Virus record (IMG/VR): IMGVR_UViG_3300026549_000042
Location: 1-53,744 of that record
Direction: 5' to 3' (one strand)
Source of the DNA: a virus
Taxonomy: Duplodnaviria > Heunggongvirae > Uroviricota > Caudoviricetes
DNA length: 53,744 nucleotides
Shown here: piece after piece, positions 30,501 to 39,886 of the stretch
Layout of the letters: each line of letters starts with the position of its first letter
How positions within the stretch are numbered: position 1 is the first letter of the stretch
Notes under the pieces: generated by a model
What the model saw: only the letters and a program-made list of their open reading frames with translations
Told to the model about the DNA's origin: nothing
Database searches by the model: none
Position numbers and translations under genes: made by a program

Positions 30501-32948
30501 AGTATTATTATGATCAAAATTAGGAGTAAATAATGTTACATATGTATTATCAATTCCTTGTGGATTTTGCATTTGTAATGTAAAGTTTTTGCTCTTAAAC
30601 TGGCCTGTTGAAGAACCTTGTAACTTGAATGTTGAATTTACTGAACAGTCAGTATCCTTTCCATTACTGTCTATATATGTAAAGTTTGCTATATTGATTG
30701 AATCAACATTTCCTAATGCTCCTTCTGAATAACTTTTACAGAAATAATCTGTCATAAATTGTTCAGGCGTTCCATCATAATTCATATTAAGTATTATCAA
30801 AGGAACATTATGGTTTATTCTACCATTATCTAATAATTTATCTTTTAAATCTTTTAATGTATTAATACCATCAACTTTAATTACTGTAACTGTTGATGAT
30901 TGATCAGTTATTTCTTCATATTTAAATTGCTGAACAATATTCTTTAATGTAACAAAATAAGATATTTCATCATTATCAATATCTGAACTCATATACTTAT
31001 AATAATATTGAGTTACATCAGCATCAGTAATTGATCTATTTCCTTGTGTTATATCTGCAAAATAAATATATGCAACATCTAATAAATTTAATGAATAATT
31101 TCCTTCAAATACATTTATGGATTTTAATACCATTTTTTGTGATGTTCCAAAATAACTTGAAATACCTTTTTCAATAAATCCATCAATGTATACTATCATT
31201 TCATATTTTCTTTGATCAACATTTTCGGTTTCTACGTTTCTGATCAAAATATTAAATAAATGATACTTTGAATTATCCATTACATCAAAATCAGTTTCCT
31301 TTGGAATAAATATCTCTGCAGATTTTTCACCAATTATAATCTTATTTTGTGTAATTTGTACTTTTACATCACCAGCACCGTTATCAAATATTAATTCAAA
31401 TATATTAGATAAATCAGAATTTACTTCACTATATTGTATACCAAAAGATAATAGTAAATCAGTATGTGTTGTATCTAGTTGTATATCGGATTCTTCATAT
31501 AATTTAATTGATGAATTTTCTCCAATCATATTCATTTGAATAAAACCTTGACCAATAAAGTTTCTGTTAATTGATTGAAGAACATCTAATGATATGTTTT
31601 TGTATGGACCATCTGTACCTCTAAAATATGATTCATTTGTTACTAGTAAGTCATTATCATACCAATTTAATTCACCACTATCAGGCGCTAAATATATGTA
31701 GTATTCATATACCTTAGGAACTTCAGATTCACCAATAACTGAAAAATCTAATTTATATTCTTCAAAATCTTGTGTAGTATTTACTAATTGTACAGATACC
31801 ATAGAAGGTATACCCTGACGTAATGTTAATCCTGAATATACATTTTTACCATTGTTTTTTATATCAACCTGTACAGTTGATAATGTAGTATAAGCAGTTA
31901 ATGATAAACCTATATTTTTAGTAGTAAATTTATAAGCACTATCTTTTATATCACCTGCACTCTTTCCATAAGCTTCATCACCCTCAATCGCTGCATCAAT
32001 TTCTTCTTGAGTATATCTTTGTTGGCTTCTATACATTGTAGCATTTTGTATAGTAGGAACAATTTTAAGATATAATCCTTCTGGAATAATTGTTGTATTA
32101 ATAAAGAATGATGTTTCATTATTACCGTTATAGTTATATGATAGTTTACATGATATAGAATAAGTACCAAATATACGATCATCACCTAAACTTAATTCTA
32201 ATATATCCCATAAATCAATATATGTATAAGGATTATTTGTTTCTGGATTATATGCATTATTTGTTAGTTTAATATTAATTGGTGCATAGTTTTTTTGCCC
32301 TATAATATTAATATTCAATTGAACATTTGTAGCATCAACATAAATATTGTGATTGATTCTTAATTTTAATCCATTTGTAAGATTTTTATAAAAAATAGTT
32401 GTAGGATCAACAAATTGTTCATTATTGTTATTCATGAACGCATATGAAAGATTATGAGGAAATAATATACATTTAGTTATTACTTGTTTTGTTTCATCTT
32501 CAGTATTGTTTTTGACATCAACACGAACATCATAGTTATTTGTAATAGATACTGTAGATTCATATAAATTATTTTCTGCACTTAATATGAAATTTTTACC
32601 TTGTTGTTTTCCATTTACATAAATAGCACAAGTATATGTATCTGATCCAGGTCTATTAATTGATAACTTGATAGGATATTTGTTGTTGTTAGATTCAGAT
32701 AATATAATAGTACTGCCTGTTTGTTTATTATCTAATGTGCATAATATAGACCAATTTGCTCCAGTACCGCCTGATCCATTACCACCTTTAGAACCAGTAC
32801 CACCATATTTATAAATCCATTTTACATATGATTTTAGTTTATCAATATCACCACCAAATTTAGTTAGAATATCTGTTATGTTTTCAGAATCTGTATATTG
32901 ACTTAATAAAGCTAATTCTTCTTGACTAAATTTAATTCTTTCACTCAT
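24564..32948 (-). CDS. Giant putative virion protein with CotH-kinase-like, LRR-like and BspA/DUF285-like segments
   Basis: LQGSST..FKSKNF, KADAVDSTHANN, MGIYN, GLTDSVQKN and FYDMDTSF match CotH-type kinase motifs; leucine-rich repeats and xxISNLF repeats follow. Confidence 0.7.
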   Translation of the reverse strand: MSERIKFSQEELALLSQYTDSENITDILTKFGGDIDKLKSYVKWIYKYGGTGSKGGNGSGGTGANWSILCTLDNKQTGSTIILSESNNNKYPIKLSINRPGSDTYTCAIYVNGKQQGKNFILSAENNLYESTVSITNNYDVRVDVKNNTEDETKQVITKCILFPHNLSYAFMNNNNEQFVDPTTIFYKNLTNGLKLRINHNIYVDATNVQLNINIIGQKNYAPINIKLTNNAYNPETNNPYTYIDLWDILELSLGDDRIFGTYSISCKLSYNYNGNNETSFFINTTIIPEGLYLKIVPTIQNATMYRSQQRYTQEEIDAAIEGDEAYGKSAGDIKDSAYKFTTKNIGLSLTAYTTLSTVQVDIKNNGKNVYSGLTLRQGIPSMVSVQLVNTTQDFEEYKLDFSVIGESEVPKVYEYYIYLAPDSGELNWYDNDLLVTNESYFRGTDGPYKNISLDVLQSINRNFIGQGFIQMNMIGENSSIKLYEESDIQLDTTHTDLLLSFGIQYSEVNSDLSNIFELIFDNGAGDVKVQITQNKIIIGEKSAEIFIPKETDFDVMDNSKYHLFNILIRNVETENVDQRKYEMIVYIDGFIEKGISSYFGTSQKMVLKSINVFEGNYSLNLLDVAYIYFADITQGNRSITDADVTQYYYKYMSSDIDNDEISYFVTLKNIVQQFKYEEITDQSSTVTVIKVDGINTLKDLKDKLLDNGRINHNVPLIILNMNYDGTPEQFMTDYFCKSYSEGALGNVDSINIANFTYIDSNGKDTDCSVNSTFKLQGSSTGQFKSKNFTLQMQNPQGIDNTYVTLFTPNFDHNNTKEANNSFLPENLLLFKADAVDSTHANNTSAGLFINENTTPFSDSRNIHTNAESYKRYIKNCLTGFPLLVFFGLPDKDNNDKIHYYYMGIYNCNLGRDSVVNLGYYNIGAILNNLYEIDGTTQVNLLDETGKYDGFGVYVTHIENYQPMNGLCVAEIQGGNPYYDFSQFDSTILFEDRENNEGMFGDFYPKGENIQRQKQKIQTFVREVSLFGGKLFTLLEKNMSTDELNHYGYDLSYKAHLSDRPYYVPGSNNWITRSTGSVPNYKKQFTRFGNNFTYSEELSNIFGEAIDNINSNWQDPFRHFVGIFNEEETQEEYEYKDTDALFSKYFYLLDYTSLVEYYTLCMAFGLTDSVQKNMNIKSFREGGPFYTAFYDMDTSFSRDNGGVYVHPFAFSDYWTMEDDNAVIYRDFYPNTELASKASQFQINIMEKDWGNIPLGFDIPSSYLFAIAKYAKVFYNNKEDSRYKTNPSYYWYTLRKDNHSELRNSKYFIENYFGRNLNKINRLFFNANYRFKYLQKTSTGFDVTNITPFHGRGLASLEDWLNKRFHILDAYFNITNVKTNNYKHYDISTNTWKDLQNNGVNIYDPLFEDVANIVYALPTNEDVHMIRSIFGTGMGYQKYSGGQVGTISIHALDYSPIYNSYSQGRYLQFICIDPQTEYQFTVPNDSGSQTIGFGGSISWTKVASFNTLINSDGVLYINSPYLENISVTNNVLKELQLPNIPSVKTIEITSPEAACQLNLVNENETVNTYPNLRTINISNSKCGLTAKGLDITTINAQNINSPNNNIVVQNCNNLRSCNFSGSSLKSIELLSIWNKDITIANSNISNISITNSKFDNASITIVNDLTVSNITLVGFEKITISNCPNIKNITLINGSEENFIVKSIKIISCCGYLEDGEYPTFTICGKSSEQVSDSNIKVDLSNVNQLEEISFEGTKYIDTIILPDKEEITLSPYAFANTNLRNINYIQDNDNHFLCITHRADSNNRYAAGTFYNSKFNFTQNFTLRVKKPNTSLASIFEIGKFSSYGDHTGQAALSYDDLYDLITNLDGKENVVSLENAFYRQENITFTFSGLTMQYSSNKHLSLAGYTNLLSCKNMLWGTGYNVIDDKLFGINNEGDITVSANITSPNVLNIDNIIGTLTYVHEDALKYIKNKISNFLYSTSPGELDGNNRPFISYNTRTQMYNDSELLTEVNVHKFLFNDDDNDTITSISGISFNNATTNLDGLFTEHQNNVTTIVCSFNNLIQSTVKNNSLISASFVKGFNNIGLSNVNNNLTIYRSFTSIDTVDMVKYIPIDNLVDIASFISYGRQYNNLINNSQNKYNESNISNIFNFYKKIDYSNLDNWNTLWYSLATQSNLSYLFSKTTFIFNSNSNDDCLIKLPESLNAFESTTKVNGLFSNCTGKLQNNEEVGICISKETIIKFKNIENISNLFANSTFNGINSYPLPEDIFDIDDNKFTNISNMFNNVKIIGTHKTYNNASLQKPVYYKYDINHTTDTKYNVSISNYKFTDENYTNNVQYGYPIIPPTLFNEKCKNVSEIQGIFGDSDFEGYIPSNLFDNLTKLTNINKLFNKCKILPQKLTTIDSSVINDKIYKLGNYQTDIYSLYPENFIDIDTNKSISSIDIFNVYAIVGENTAKRIYLFNDHTFISSSNRTNNLTILNFNVEIHSQSLLTTKIITNSDNQPVLFDLTENILNNTYIPVFNICFNFNDGIPTNYSEGIKVESLGIKFDNLSNSILSQEMAEIYYGYILEKGSFLNVSNHFNQPRTEYLGNFGRQLSYNASTKMIYPSNNIMFPTIIKYDSIIPTTMYPNQYINKNVNELINRYKYDGLINVLCDLWTIRELQIDIDDTFSHETVNNDETGNTDHLYTFNDGYQIKYEQELTEDVIKTLHHNIVYSNYLLLFNNWYKSIIGENGRFTLETYHSLRILNESTNKLITVNNITISQPDVAESLAITYSCRVEQNKDNLIIREITAN

Positions 32949-32979
32949 ATTTAATCCTTATATTTGATTTAATATTTCT

Positions 32980-32994
32980 TATATATAAAAATAA
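32980..32994 (-). promoter_or_regulatory. Putative late promoter TTATTTTTATATATA
   Basis: Exact 15-mer about 32 nt upstream of the 2794-aa gene. Confidence 0.65.
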
Positions 32995-33021
32995 AAAATG
33001 AGCCTTCATTGAAGGCTCATT
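32993..33021 (-). terminator. Intrinsic terminator
   Basis: AATGAGCCTTC-ATT-GAAGGCTCATT with A-tract. Confidence 0.7.
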
Positions 33022-33051
33022 AATATAAAATTAAAGTTATGTAACTACTTA

Positions 33052-36000
33052 TTATTTTGTTGTTTTCAAACCAGTACTATCTAATACAAATAAGTAAATA
33101 TTATCTGATGTTACTAAATCAGGATATAAAATAAATTCTTCATTATTACTTACATTAAATTCATCTGTTGTACCTTCTACATAATGTAAATTTATTTTAC
33201 TGCCATCATATGTATCTGTTTGTTTGAAATTGCCAGATTTTGAATTATAATATGCCCATAATCCATTAATTGATGTTTTTGCCATGACAAGATATTCAAT
33301 TAATTGGTTATTTAAGCCTTTATTATAAGCTAATTGGGTAAATTCCATTTTCTTACGACTATTAGATATATAATCTATTCTACCTAATTGTGTATAATAT
33401 GTATTATCTCCAATTAAATCAATAATTGTAAACATTGGCATTTGTTGATCAGAACTTGGCTTATCAGAAGTACCATCAATATAAGACTTTGGAATAACCA
33501 TTGAGAATTTTTGGAACTCTGAAGGTAATTCCTTATTTGATGTAAGTTTATATCCTGTTGCTTGACACATTAAATATGTAACAAATGAATTATTGTCTCC
33601 TTCCTCAGCATCAATAAATGGATAAAAACGTAATGGCGCTTGATCAGATACTTTTATTTTAATAGTCTTTTCATTATATGTAAATTCATATTCATTTACA
33701 TTTATATCTAATAATTTATGTTCTGCTTGACGTTTAACTATTGGGAATTTACTTAAATTAATTGTTCTTTCATTAACTTCACCAGAAATTTGAATATTTA
33801 TTGTCCATACAGCAGTATCATCCTTAAGTGATTCTGGCATAGTCATAGCACCATCTTTATATGACCATTTTTGTTCACCTTCTTCTGTATATAAATAATT
33901 TTCACGAGCAGGATAAGTACAAGCATATGTATGTTTATGACCACCCAAACATAATGTTATATGTCTAAATTCAAATAGTCTACTCATCCAATGCATACCT
34001 TTACCCTTTTCTGATTTATCAATTTGATTTGTATGAGAACCAATTAATGCACTGGCATCTGATAAACTTCTAAATTTACTATATTCATTAGTATTAGCTG
34101 TCCAACTTAAACATGCATTTGTTACAACAGTAAATGGCATTTCATGACAAATTGGTAAGTATGTTTTATTGTCATTTGTCCATTGATATAATATTTCATA
34201 TATTGGATGGAAGTTTAATTCTTCAGCTACATATTGTTGAGGTGTTGATATTGTATAACCTGTATAAATATTGACTGCGACATCATCAACCTTCAAGTTA
34301 AACCAATCTCTACAGTTAATCATTGTAATTTCAGAATTAATAAATAATAACTTAATTTGTTTATCACCATTTAATACTTCCATATAATATAATGATGGAA
34401 CATATACACCGTTAATTATTGGTCTATACTCATCAGTTGGAATTTCATAACAGTTAAATAAATGGAAGAAATATCCATTAGACTTACCGGTATCATCACC
34501 AGTGCCTAATGCATTTATATTAGTATCACATAAGTCATTATTACCGACAACATTCATTTGCTCATATTTGTTAAATAGATAATCTCCAGCAATAAAATAA
34601 TCAAGCCATTCATTGACACGAGCACCTGATTGTACGCAGTCACCAGTATTAACAATTATTGGCATAATATTTTCTTTGTTTATGTCTTCAGTAATCTTTT
34701 CATTTAATTCCTTAGCAGCAGCTGCCCATACTTGATATTCAATCCAATGGAATCCTTGTTGGTCGGTAATTTGATAAATTCTTGGTTGATATGTCTTAGG
34801 ATATAATGTAAATGATCTTTCTTCAGATTTATATGATTCATCTATATTTCCAAATTTATCCAAACGACATACAAAATATTTATATGTTGTTGGCTCACTT
34901 ACTCCATCATTAACAATATTTACAATACATTTATGAGATGCGTAAGGTTCGTTATTTCCTGGGAATGTATTATATATTCTTGCATATACAGCATTATTTA
35001 CATCTACTGGGAATTCTTTACGATGCATTTCTGTAGAAGCCTCACTTATTTCTTCAGTAATTGTTGTATATGATTCAAATATATGCTTATTATTTTCTTG
35101 ATCAATAATAACTACTGCTTCATTAAATAATCCACTTGACACCCAGTTAAAACAACGTGTAGTATATGGATCAATACCGAATGAACAAACTATTGCATTT
35201 GGTTTAGATTTATCAAGCTTTGTTTTGTCAGTAATTACATTCTTATGTTCAAATGAAGCCTTAGGTGTATAATCAGCTACAGCTTTTTTGATTTCTGGTG
35301 TCTTAGGGAATTCTATATATTCTCTATCAAGATTTAAATATTGGAAGTCTGTACCACTATTTTGCCAACGTGTTCTTGAAGAATCAGATGTAGTAAATGA
35401 ATTAAATGCTTGTTTGGCAGGATCAAGTTCAAATGTTATTTTATATATTGTATTTGATGATATATTAAAGCTACCTTGTGATTTTGTTGCAGCAATCCAG
35501 TGTCCTTTACTACCCCAGTCACCACCAATATAAAATGCATCTATAAAACCTTTAGCTAATACCCATGTTCCCTTACCACTTAACTTATATGTTGAATCAG
35601 GACTTGCAGGTTTAGTTTGAGCAAATTGTGTAGCTGGTGTTATAGGATTACCAGCTACAGTATTACCATAAGTCAATGCTAAACCTAAACTACTTCCTGC
35701 AGAAATACTTAAATCTAATAACTCTCCGTTATCATACCATTCTTTATCATAAGTCTTTACATCTATGAATGTATTAGGATCATCAATAGTTGAATATTGT
35801 TTACAGCGAATCAAATATGTTCCACCAGCAGGAATAAAACCGTCTAATGCTAATGACTTATATGTAACTTGATCAGCTGTAGTTTCTGATGAAGCATTCT
35901 CAACATACGAATAATGTAAATATGATCCGTCAAGATAGAAATCTTCATTAGATGTATTCATAAGTTCAATATATGCATGAGTACAACCATGTATTTTATC

Positions 36001-37680
36001 AGTTTTTAAAGGAACATATGTCGCACCGATTTGAATTCTATCTGCATTCAATTTCATATCTTTTGTAATATCAATATTCTTTTTTGTAGCTTTCAATATT
36101 GATATGAATGATCTATCAGTTTTATAGTCATCAGGAATATCATCATAATATGACTCACCGTTAGTTTTTGTCATATATTTTGCCATTGAATTGTCATCTT
36201 GTTCTCTAATATCAAATTCTCCATAAGGTGACATTGTAACATTAAATGACTTTCCTGTATCACCATTGATAAAGTTAATCTTTTCAATTGCATTAAGAGA
36301 ATCACTAATATTAACTTTATTTGACATTATATATTCCTTAATATTAGCAGGATCATATTTTAAGTCTTCAGGTTCTAGATCACTATTAACAAATGTAATA
36401 TTAATAAGACCTTGTGCTTCAAGTGCTTTAAGTATTTCGTAATTTTCCATAATATCTTCTTCAGGTGTGGTGTCTTCACCGCCCTTACCTATATTTATCA
36501 ATTTTCCATTAGTATATATATAAAGTTTCTTATTTGCTTCACAGAATATAAGTTCATTATTTTGAAGTTGATTAACATTTTCTTCAATCTTCTCAAATGT
36601 TGACATTGAACGTATAGTAATAGCAGCTGTTCGATATTTATAGTCTTCAACATCTGTAGGTGTAGCTGCTTCAATTGTACTTGACATATCTTGATACTTA
36701 CTATAAATATCAAGTTTATATATATAATCTTCAGAATCTGTGTTGAATTCAATTTCAGAAATATTATATATGTCATCTAAATATATAGGTGTTTCTGAAT
36801 TGTCATAATCAACATGTCCTTCTGCATCTATATATCCGTTAAACAAATCAGTGCCAGTTCCCCATTCACTTACAGATATCCATATAAAATTATTGCCAAC
36901 TAATGATTCTTTATATTCAACCTTTTTAGATACAATAACTAAGATATTATATTTATCTGGAGCATATTGATATTTTACTATATCATTTATGTTTACAATA
37001 ATTTCTTTATCTTCAGACTTAAATATAATATTTATGTTCTTTGTTGAAACTGTCAAATATGCATATTGTTTTGGATCTTTTAATGTTTCTAATATTGTCT
37101 TACCATCACTATCTTCTGGAACTATAAAAGATATAGTATTATTATATGAAAGTTTATCATTTGGCAATATATGATAGTTTTCAACAGGAACAATATATTG
37201 ATAAGATTCTTGTGAAAGGTCTAATCCATCAATAAAAGAAAGTTCAGATTCATCAGTAGCCCATAATGGTTCTTCTTCAGGAATGTCTTTGAGCTCATCA
37301 ACAGTCTGTGACATTCCAAAATTTTCATCAGTATATGAATTAATACCAAATCTAAAAGAATTTCTTAACTTAGTAACTTCAGCTTGTAATGATCTAATAG
37401 CACTAAGCATTATTCTTATAATATCACTTTCTGGTATTGATGATTCTCCTGAATGATTTTTTATATAATCTAACAAATCAGCAGTTGTAGATATTATCTT
37501 ATCATTCAATTGGGCATTATTCCAATCAATGTCAATAGCATTTACAATTGGATCTGGTTTAGAAATAATGTTGTCTTGGTCATCTACAACATATTCATTT
37601 CTACCGAGTTTCATACCCAATAGTACTTGTGGAGAATCTATATTGTTAAATTGTATATCTTTATCTTTATAAGAAGGCAT
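33052..37680 (-). CDS. Large putative virion protein with lamin-tail-like and purple-acid-phosphatase-like metallophosphoesterase domains
   Basis: YIELMNTSNEDFYLDG (LTD-like); ITDQQG, NTGDCVQSG, VGNNDL, CHEMP and GGHKHTY metal-binding motifs. Confidence 0.72.
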   Translation of the reverse strand: MPSYKDKDIQFNNIDSPQVLLGMKLGRNEYVVDDQDNIISKPDPIVNAIDIDWNNAQLNDKIISTTADLLDYIKNHSGESSIPESDIIRIMLSAIRSLQAEVTKLRNSFRFGINSYTDENFGMSQTVDELKDIPEEEPLWATDESELSFIDGLDLSQESYQYIVPVENYHILPNDKLSYNNTISFIVPEDSDGKTILETLKDPKQYAYLTVSTKNINIIFKSEDKEIIVNINDIVKYQYAPDKYNILVIVSKKVEYKESLVGNNFIWISVSEWGTGTDLFNGYIDAEGHVDYDNSETPIYLDDIYNISEIEFNTDSEDYIYKLDIYSKYQDMSSTIEAATPTDVEDYKYRTAAITIRSMSTFEKIEENVNQLQNNELIFCEANKKLYIYTNGKLINIGKGGEDTTPEEDIMENYEILKALEAQGLINITFVNSDLEPEDLKYDPANIKEYIMSNKVNISDSLNAIEKINFINGDTGKSFNVTMSPYGEFDIREQDDNSMAKYMTKTNGESYYDDIPDDYKTDRSFISILKATKKNIDITKDMKLNADRIQIGATYVPLKTDKIHGCTHAYIELMNTSNEDFYLDGSYLHYSYVENASSETTADQVTYKSLALDGFIPAGGTYLIRCKQYSTIDDPNTFIDVKTYDKEWYDNGELLDLSISAGSSLGLALTYGNTVAGNPITPATQFAQTKPASPDSTYKLSGKGTWVLAKGFIDAFYIGGDWGSKGHWIAATKSQGSFNISSNTIYKITFELDPAKQAFNSFTTSDSSRTRWQNSGTDFQYLNLDREYIEFPKTPEIKKAVADYTPKASFEHKNVITDKTKLDKSKPNAIVCSFGIDPYTTRCFNWVSSGLFNEAVVIIDQENNKHIFESYTTITEEISEASTEMHRKEFPVDVNNAVYARIYNTFPGNNEPYASHKCIVNIVNDGVSEPTTYKYFVCRLDKFGNIDESYKSEERSFTLYPKTYQPRIYQITDQQGFHWIEYQVWAAAAKELNEKITEDINKENIMPIIVNTGDCVQSGARVNEWLDYFIAGDYLFNKYEQMNVVGNNDLCDTNINALGTGDDTGKSNGYFFHLFNCYEIPTDEYRPIINGVYVPSLYYMEVLNGDKQIKLLFINSEITMINCRDWFNLKVDDVAVNIYTGYTISTPQQYVAEELNFHPIYEILYQWTNDNKTYLPICHEMPFTVVTNACLSWTANTNEYSKFRSLSDASALIGSHTNQIDKSEKGKGMHWMSRLFEFRHITLCLGGHKHTYACTYPARENYLYTEEGEQKWSYKDGAMTMPESLKDDTAVWTINIQISGEVNERTINLSKFPIVKRQAEHKLLDINVNEYEFTYNEKTIKIKVSDQAPLRFYPFIDAEEGDNNSFVTYLMCQATGYKLTSNKELPSEFQKFSMVIPKSYIDGTSDKPSSDQQMPMFTIIDLIGDNTYYTQLGRIDYISNSRKKMEFTQLAYNKGLNNQLIEYLVMAKTSINGLWAYYNSKSGNFKQTDTYDGSKINLHYVEGTTDEFNVSNNEEFILYPDLVTSDNIYLFVLDSTGLKTTK

Positions 37681-37714
37681 ATTATAAAAACTTATTAAAA
37701 CTAATATAAATTAT

Positions 37715-37729
37715 TATATATAAAAATAA
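37715..37729 (-). promoter_or_regulatory. Putative late promoter TTATTTTTATATATA
   Basis: Exact 15-mer about 35 nt upstream of the 1542-aa gene. Confidence 0.65.
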
Positions 37730-37735
37730 ATTAAA

Positions 37736-37761
37736 AAAGGAAGAACTTAAGTTCTTCCTTT
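37736..37761 (-). terminator. Terminator, perfect 26-bp palindrome centred on CTTAAG
   Basis: AAAGGAAGAACTT-AAGTTCTTCCTTT. Confidence 0.75.
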
Positions 37762-37797
37762 ATACTTCACATTTAGATTTTTAATTATTTCTTAACA

Positions 37798-38430
37798 TTA
37801 TTGTTGTATTTCAGAAATAGTTTTTTGACTATCTTCTTGTTCTTTCTTTCTTATACGCTCTGTAACTTCCTTAATAAATTCTCTTGAACCACGTACAATC
37901 ATTTGACCATTTAATTGTTCTTTATCCTTTTCTTCAAATGTTTGCTCACAATTGTCTTGCATTTCTTTAAATATGTTCTCTAAGTTAGCAGTTAATTGGT
38001 TTAACTGTGACTGCATAGAAAGCATTGAATTTTGTAATGAAGTTAATGAAGTATATAATGCACCTTTACCTGAATTTGTTGTAATAGACATTATTAAAGT
38101 ATCTTGGGCCTTTTCATTTACACTCAACATTTTCAACAAACGTCTAATATTGTCAATTTCCTGTTCAATTTTATTTGTAATATATGGATGATTGTCAATA
38201 TACTTTTGATCAAAATAATATGCAGAAAGTTTTTCAGCAATTGTAGTTGCTCTTTCTTCAGTTTTTCTATCAACCTCATCCAAATCAATAGTCAATACAG
38301 GAATTTGAAGAGCTTCATCATTATCAGATAATTCTGGTAAATCAGAAGACAAAAATAAATCTTCTATATTACTTGTTTTGTCTGACTTATCTTCAGGTGT
38401 ACCATATTTAAATTGATAAGGTCTTCCCAT
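37798..38430 (-). CDS. Coiled-coil protein, possibly terminase small subunit (gp16-like)
   Basis: ALYTSLTSLQNSML...MIVRGSREFIKEV loosely resembles the T4-like small-terminase helix and VGST.EL tail. Function call is weak; ORF is solid. Confidence 0.4.
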   Translation of the reverse strand: MGRPYQFKYGTPEDKSDKTSNIEDLFLSSDLPELSDNDEALQIPVLTIDLDEVDRKTEERATTIAEKLSAYYFDQKYIDNHPYITNKIEQEIDNIRRLLKMLSVNEKAQDTLIMSITTNSGKGALYTSLTSLQNSMLSMQSQLNQLTANLENIFKEMQDNCEQTFEEKDKEQLNGQMIVRGSREFIKEVTERIRKKEQEDSQKTISEIQQ

Positions 38431-38468
38431 AATTTCATTTCTTATATATTATTTGTATTTAAAAATAA

Positions 38469-39227
38469 TTAAAAATTGATATGAGATGAGTGTATAGCTA
38501 AATGTGTATCAAAATCACCCCATTCCCATAATATTTTATATCCTAAATCATTAAAGAACATTTCTAATTGATCATGTTTTTCTACTGTCATTCCAAAATA
38601 GTCAACAGGCCATAATTCAAACAATATATTAGGATAATTATTTCTAATGATTGTACCTATACCACCTATAAGCACTTTATATTCCATTCCTTCAACATCA
38701 ATTTTTATAAAGTCAATATCATTATTAATACTAAATGAATCCAATGTTTTTGCATTTATATCAAAATATAAAAAATTATCATTAGTATCATAACTATAAT
38801 TAGTTTCAAATCCATCATATTTTACTACTTCAGATTTATCGGATAATAAAGTTTGATAAATTGTATAATCATTTACTTTATGATGCAATAACATATTCAT
38901 TTCTGACATTACTCGGAATTCATTATTAGGCTCAAACATATATGAATATTTATATGGTAATAACATAGAATAGACACCTAATGCGCTACCAATATCTATC
39001 ATTTTTTTACTAAAGTTAAAATAATTTTCATCATTGGATTTAATCTTATTGATAATGTTTACTTCATCACAGTATATTTCATTATCCCTACACATTAATG
39101 CATAAGCTTTATTACTAATAAAACCATTTTCATTTAAGTCTATTGGATCAACTAAATAGTCAGGTTTAAATGATATTTCATTATATTTTTGAATATCTCT
39201 TGCATAAAAGTCTTGATTTAATTTCAT
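38469..39227 (-). CDS. FkbM-family methyltransferase
   Basis: MIDIGSALG, FEPN and IDFIKIDVEGMEYKVLIG motifs. Confidence 0.88.
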   Translation of the reverse strand: MKLNQDFYARDIQKYNEISFKPDYLVDPIDLNENGFISNKAYALMCRDNEIYCDEVNIINKIKSNDENYFNFSKKMIDIGSALGVYSMLLPYKYSYMFEPNNEFRVMSEMNMLLHHKVNDYTIYQTLLSDKSEVVKYDGFETNYSYDTNDNFLYFDINAKTLDSFSINNDIDFIKIDVEGMEYKVLIGGIGTIIRNNYPNILFELWPVDYFGMTVEKHDQLEMFFNDLGYKILWEWGDFDTHLAIHSSHINF

Positions 39228-39228
39228 A

Positions 39229-39870
39229 TTAAATTATTCCATTCATAATATTTTTTTGTCTTTCATCAATTGAAGACTTATGCATATATATTCTATCAAT
39301 AATTCCTTTAATTATTTCTACATTAATATTTGTTGCACTTGTAATGTTTTTAATTATTTTATTTATAGTAACATCAGGAACAACAATAAAATAATATTCG
39401 GCATACTCAAAAAATTTATATATACAATTTTCTATTACTTGTGCATTTACATTAATATCCTTTAATTGATCTATATGAGTTACAACATATTTATACTCAA
39501 AATAAGCATTCTTTTGATGATCGTCTAATTCATATACATTACCTAAAAGTAAATGTGCATCTATTCTATTGTCTATAATTATTGATTCTTTACATAAATT
39601 AATAATTATGTCCTTTTGCCAATCACTATAATTTCTATCTTTTTGCTGATTCCAATAACACTTAGCCATTTGTACAAAGCAATATGATCTTTCACTATCA
39701 TTATCTATTGTATTTCTTAAATCATTAATATGTGTACAATAATATGTAGCAGCTGCACTATATATTTTATTAACAAAATATTCTTCTGCTAATTCCAATG
39801 CAGTACATTCATGTAAATAGAATTGACGTATTTTATCTCTTAATATTTTATTATTTGATATGTATGTCAT
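39229..39870 (-). CDS. TPR-like helical repeat protein
   Basis: ELAEEYF...AAATYY...DAHLLLGNVYE...AYFEY helical pattern. Confidence 0.55.
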   Translation of the reverse strand: MTYISNNKILRDKIRQFYLHECTALELAEEYFVNKIYSAAATYYCTHINDLRNTIDNDSERSYCFVQMAKCYWNQQKDRNYSDWQKDIIINLCKESIIIDNRIDAHLLLGNVYELDDHQKNAYFEYKYVVTHIDQLKDINVNAQVIENCIYKFFEYAEYYFIVVPDVTINKIIKNITSATNINVEIIKGIIDRIYMHKSSIDERQKNIMNGII

Positions 39871-39886
39871 AAATTATTGAAATAAA

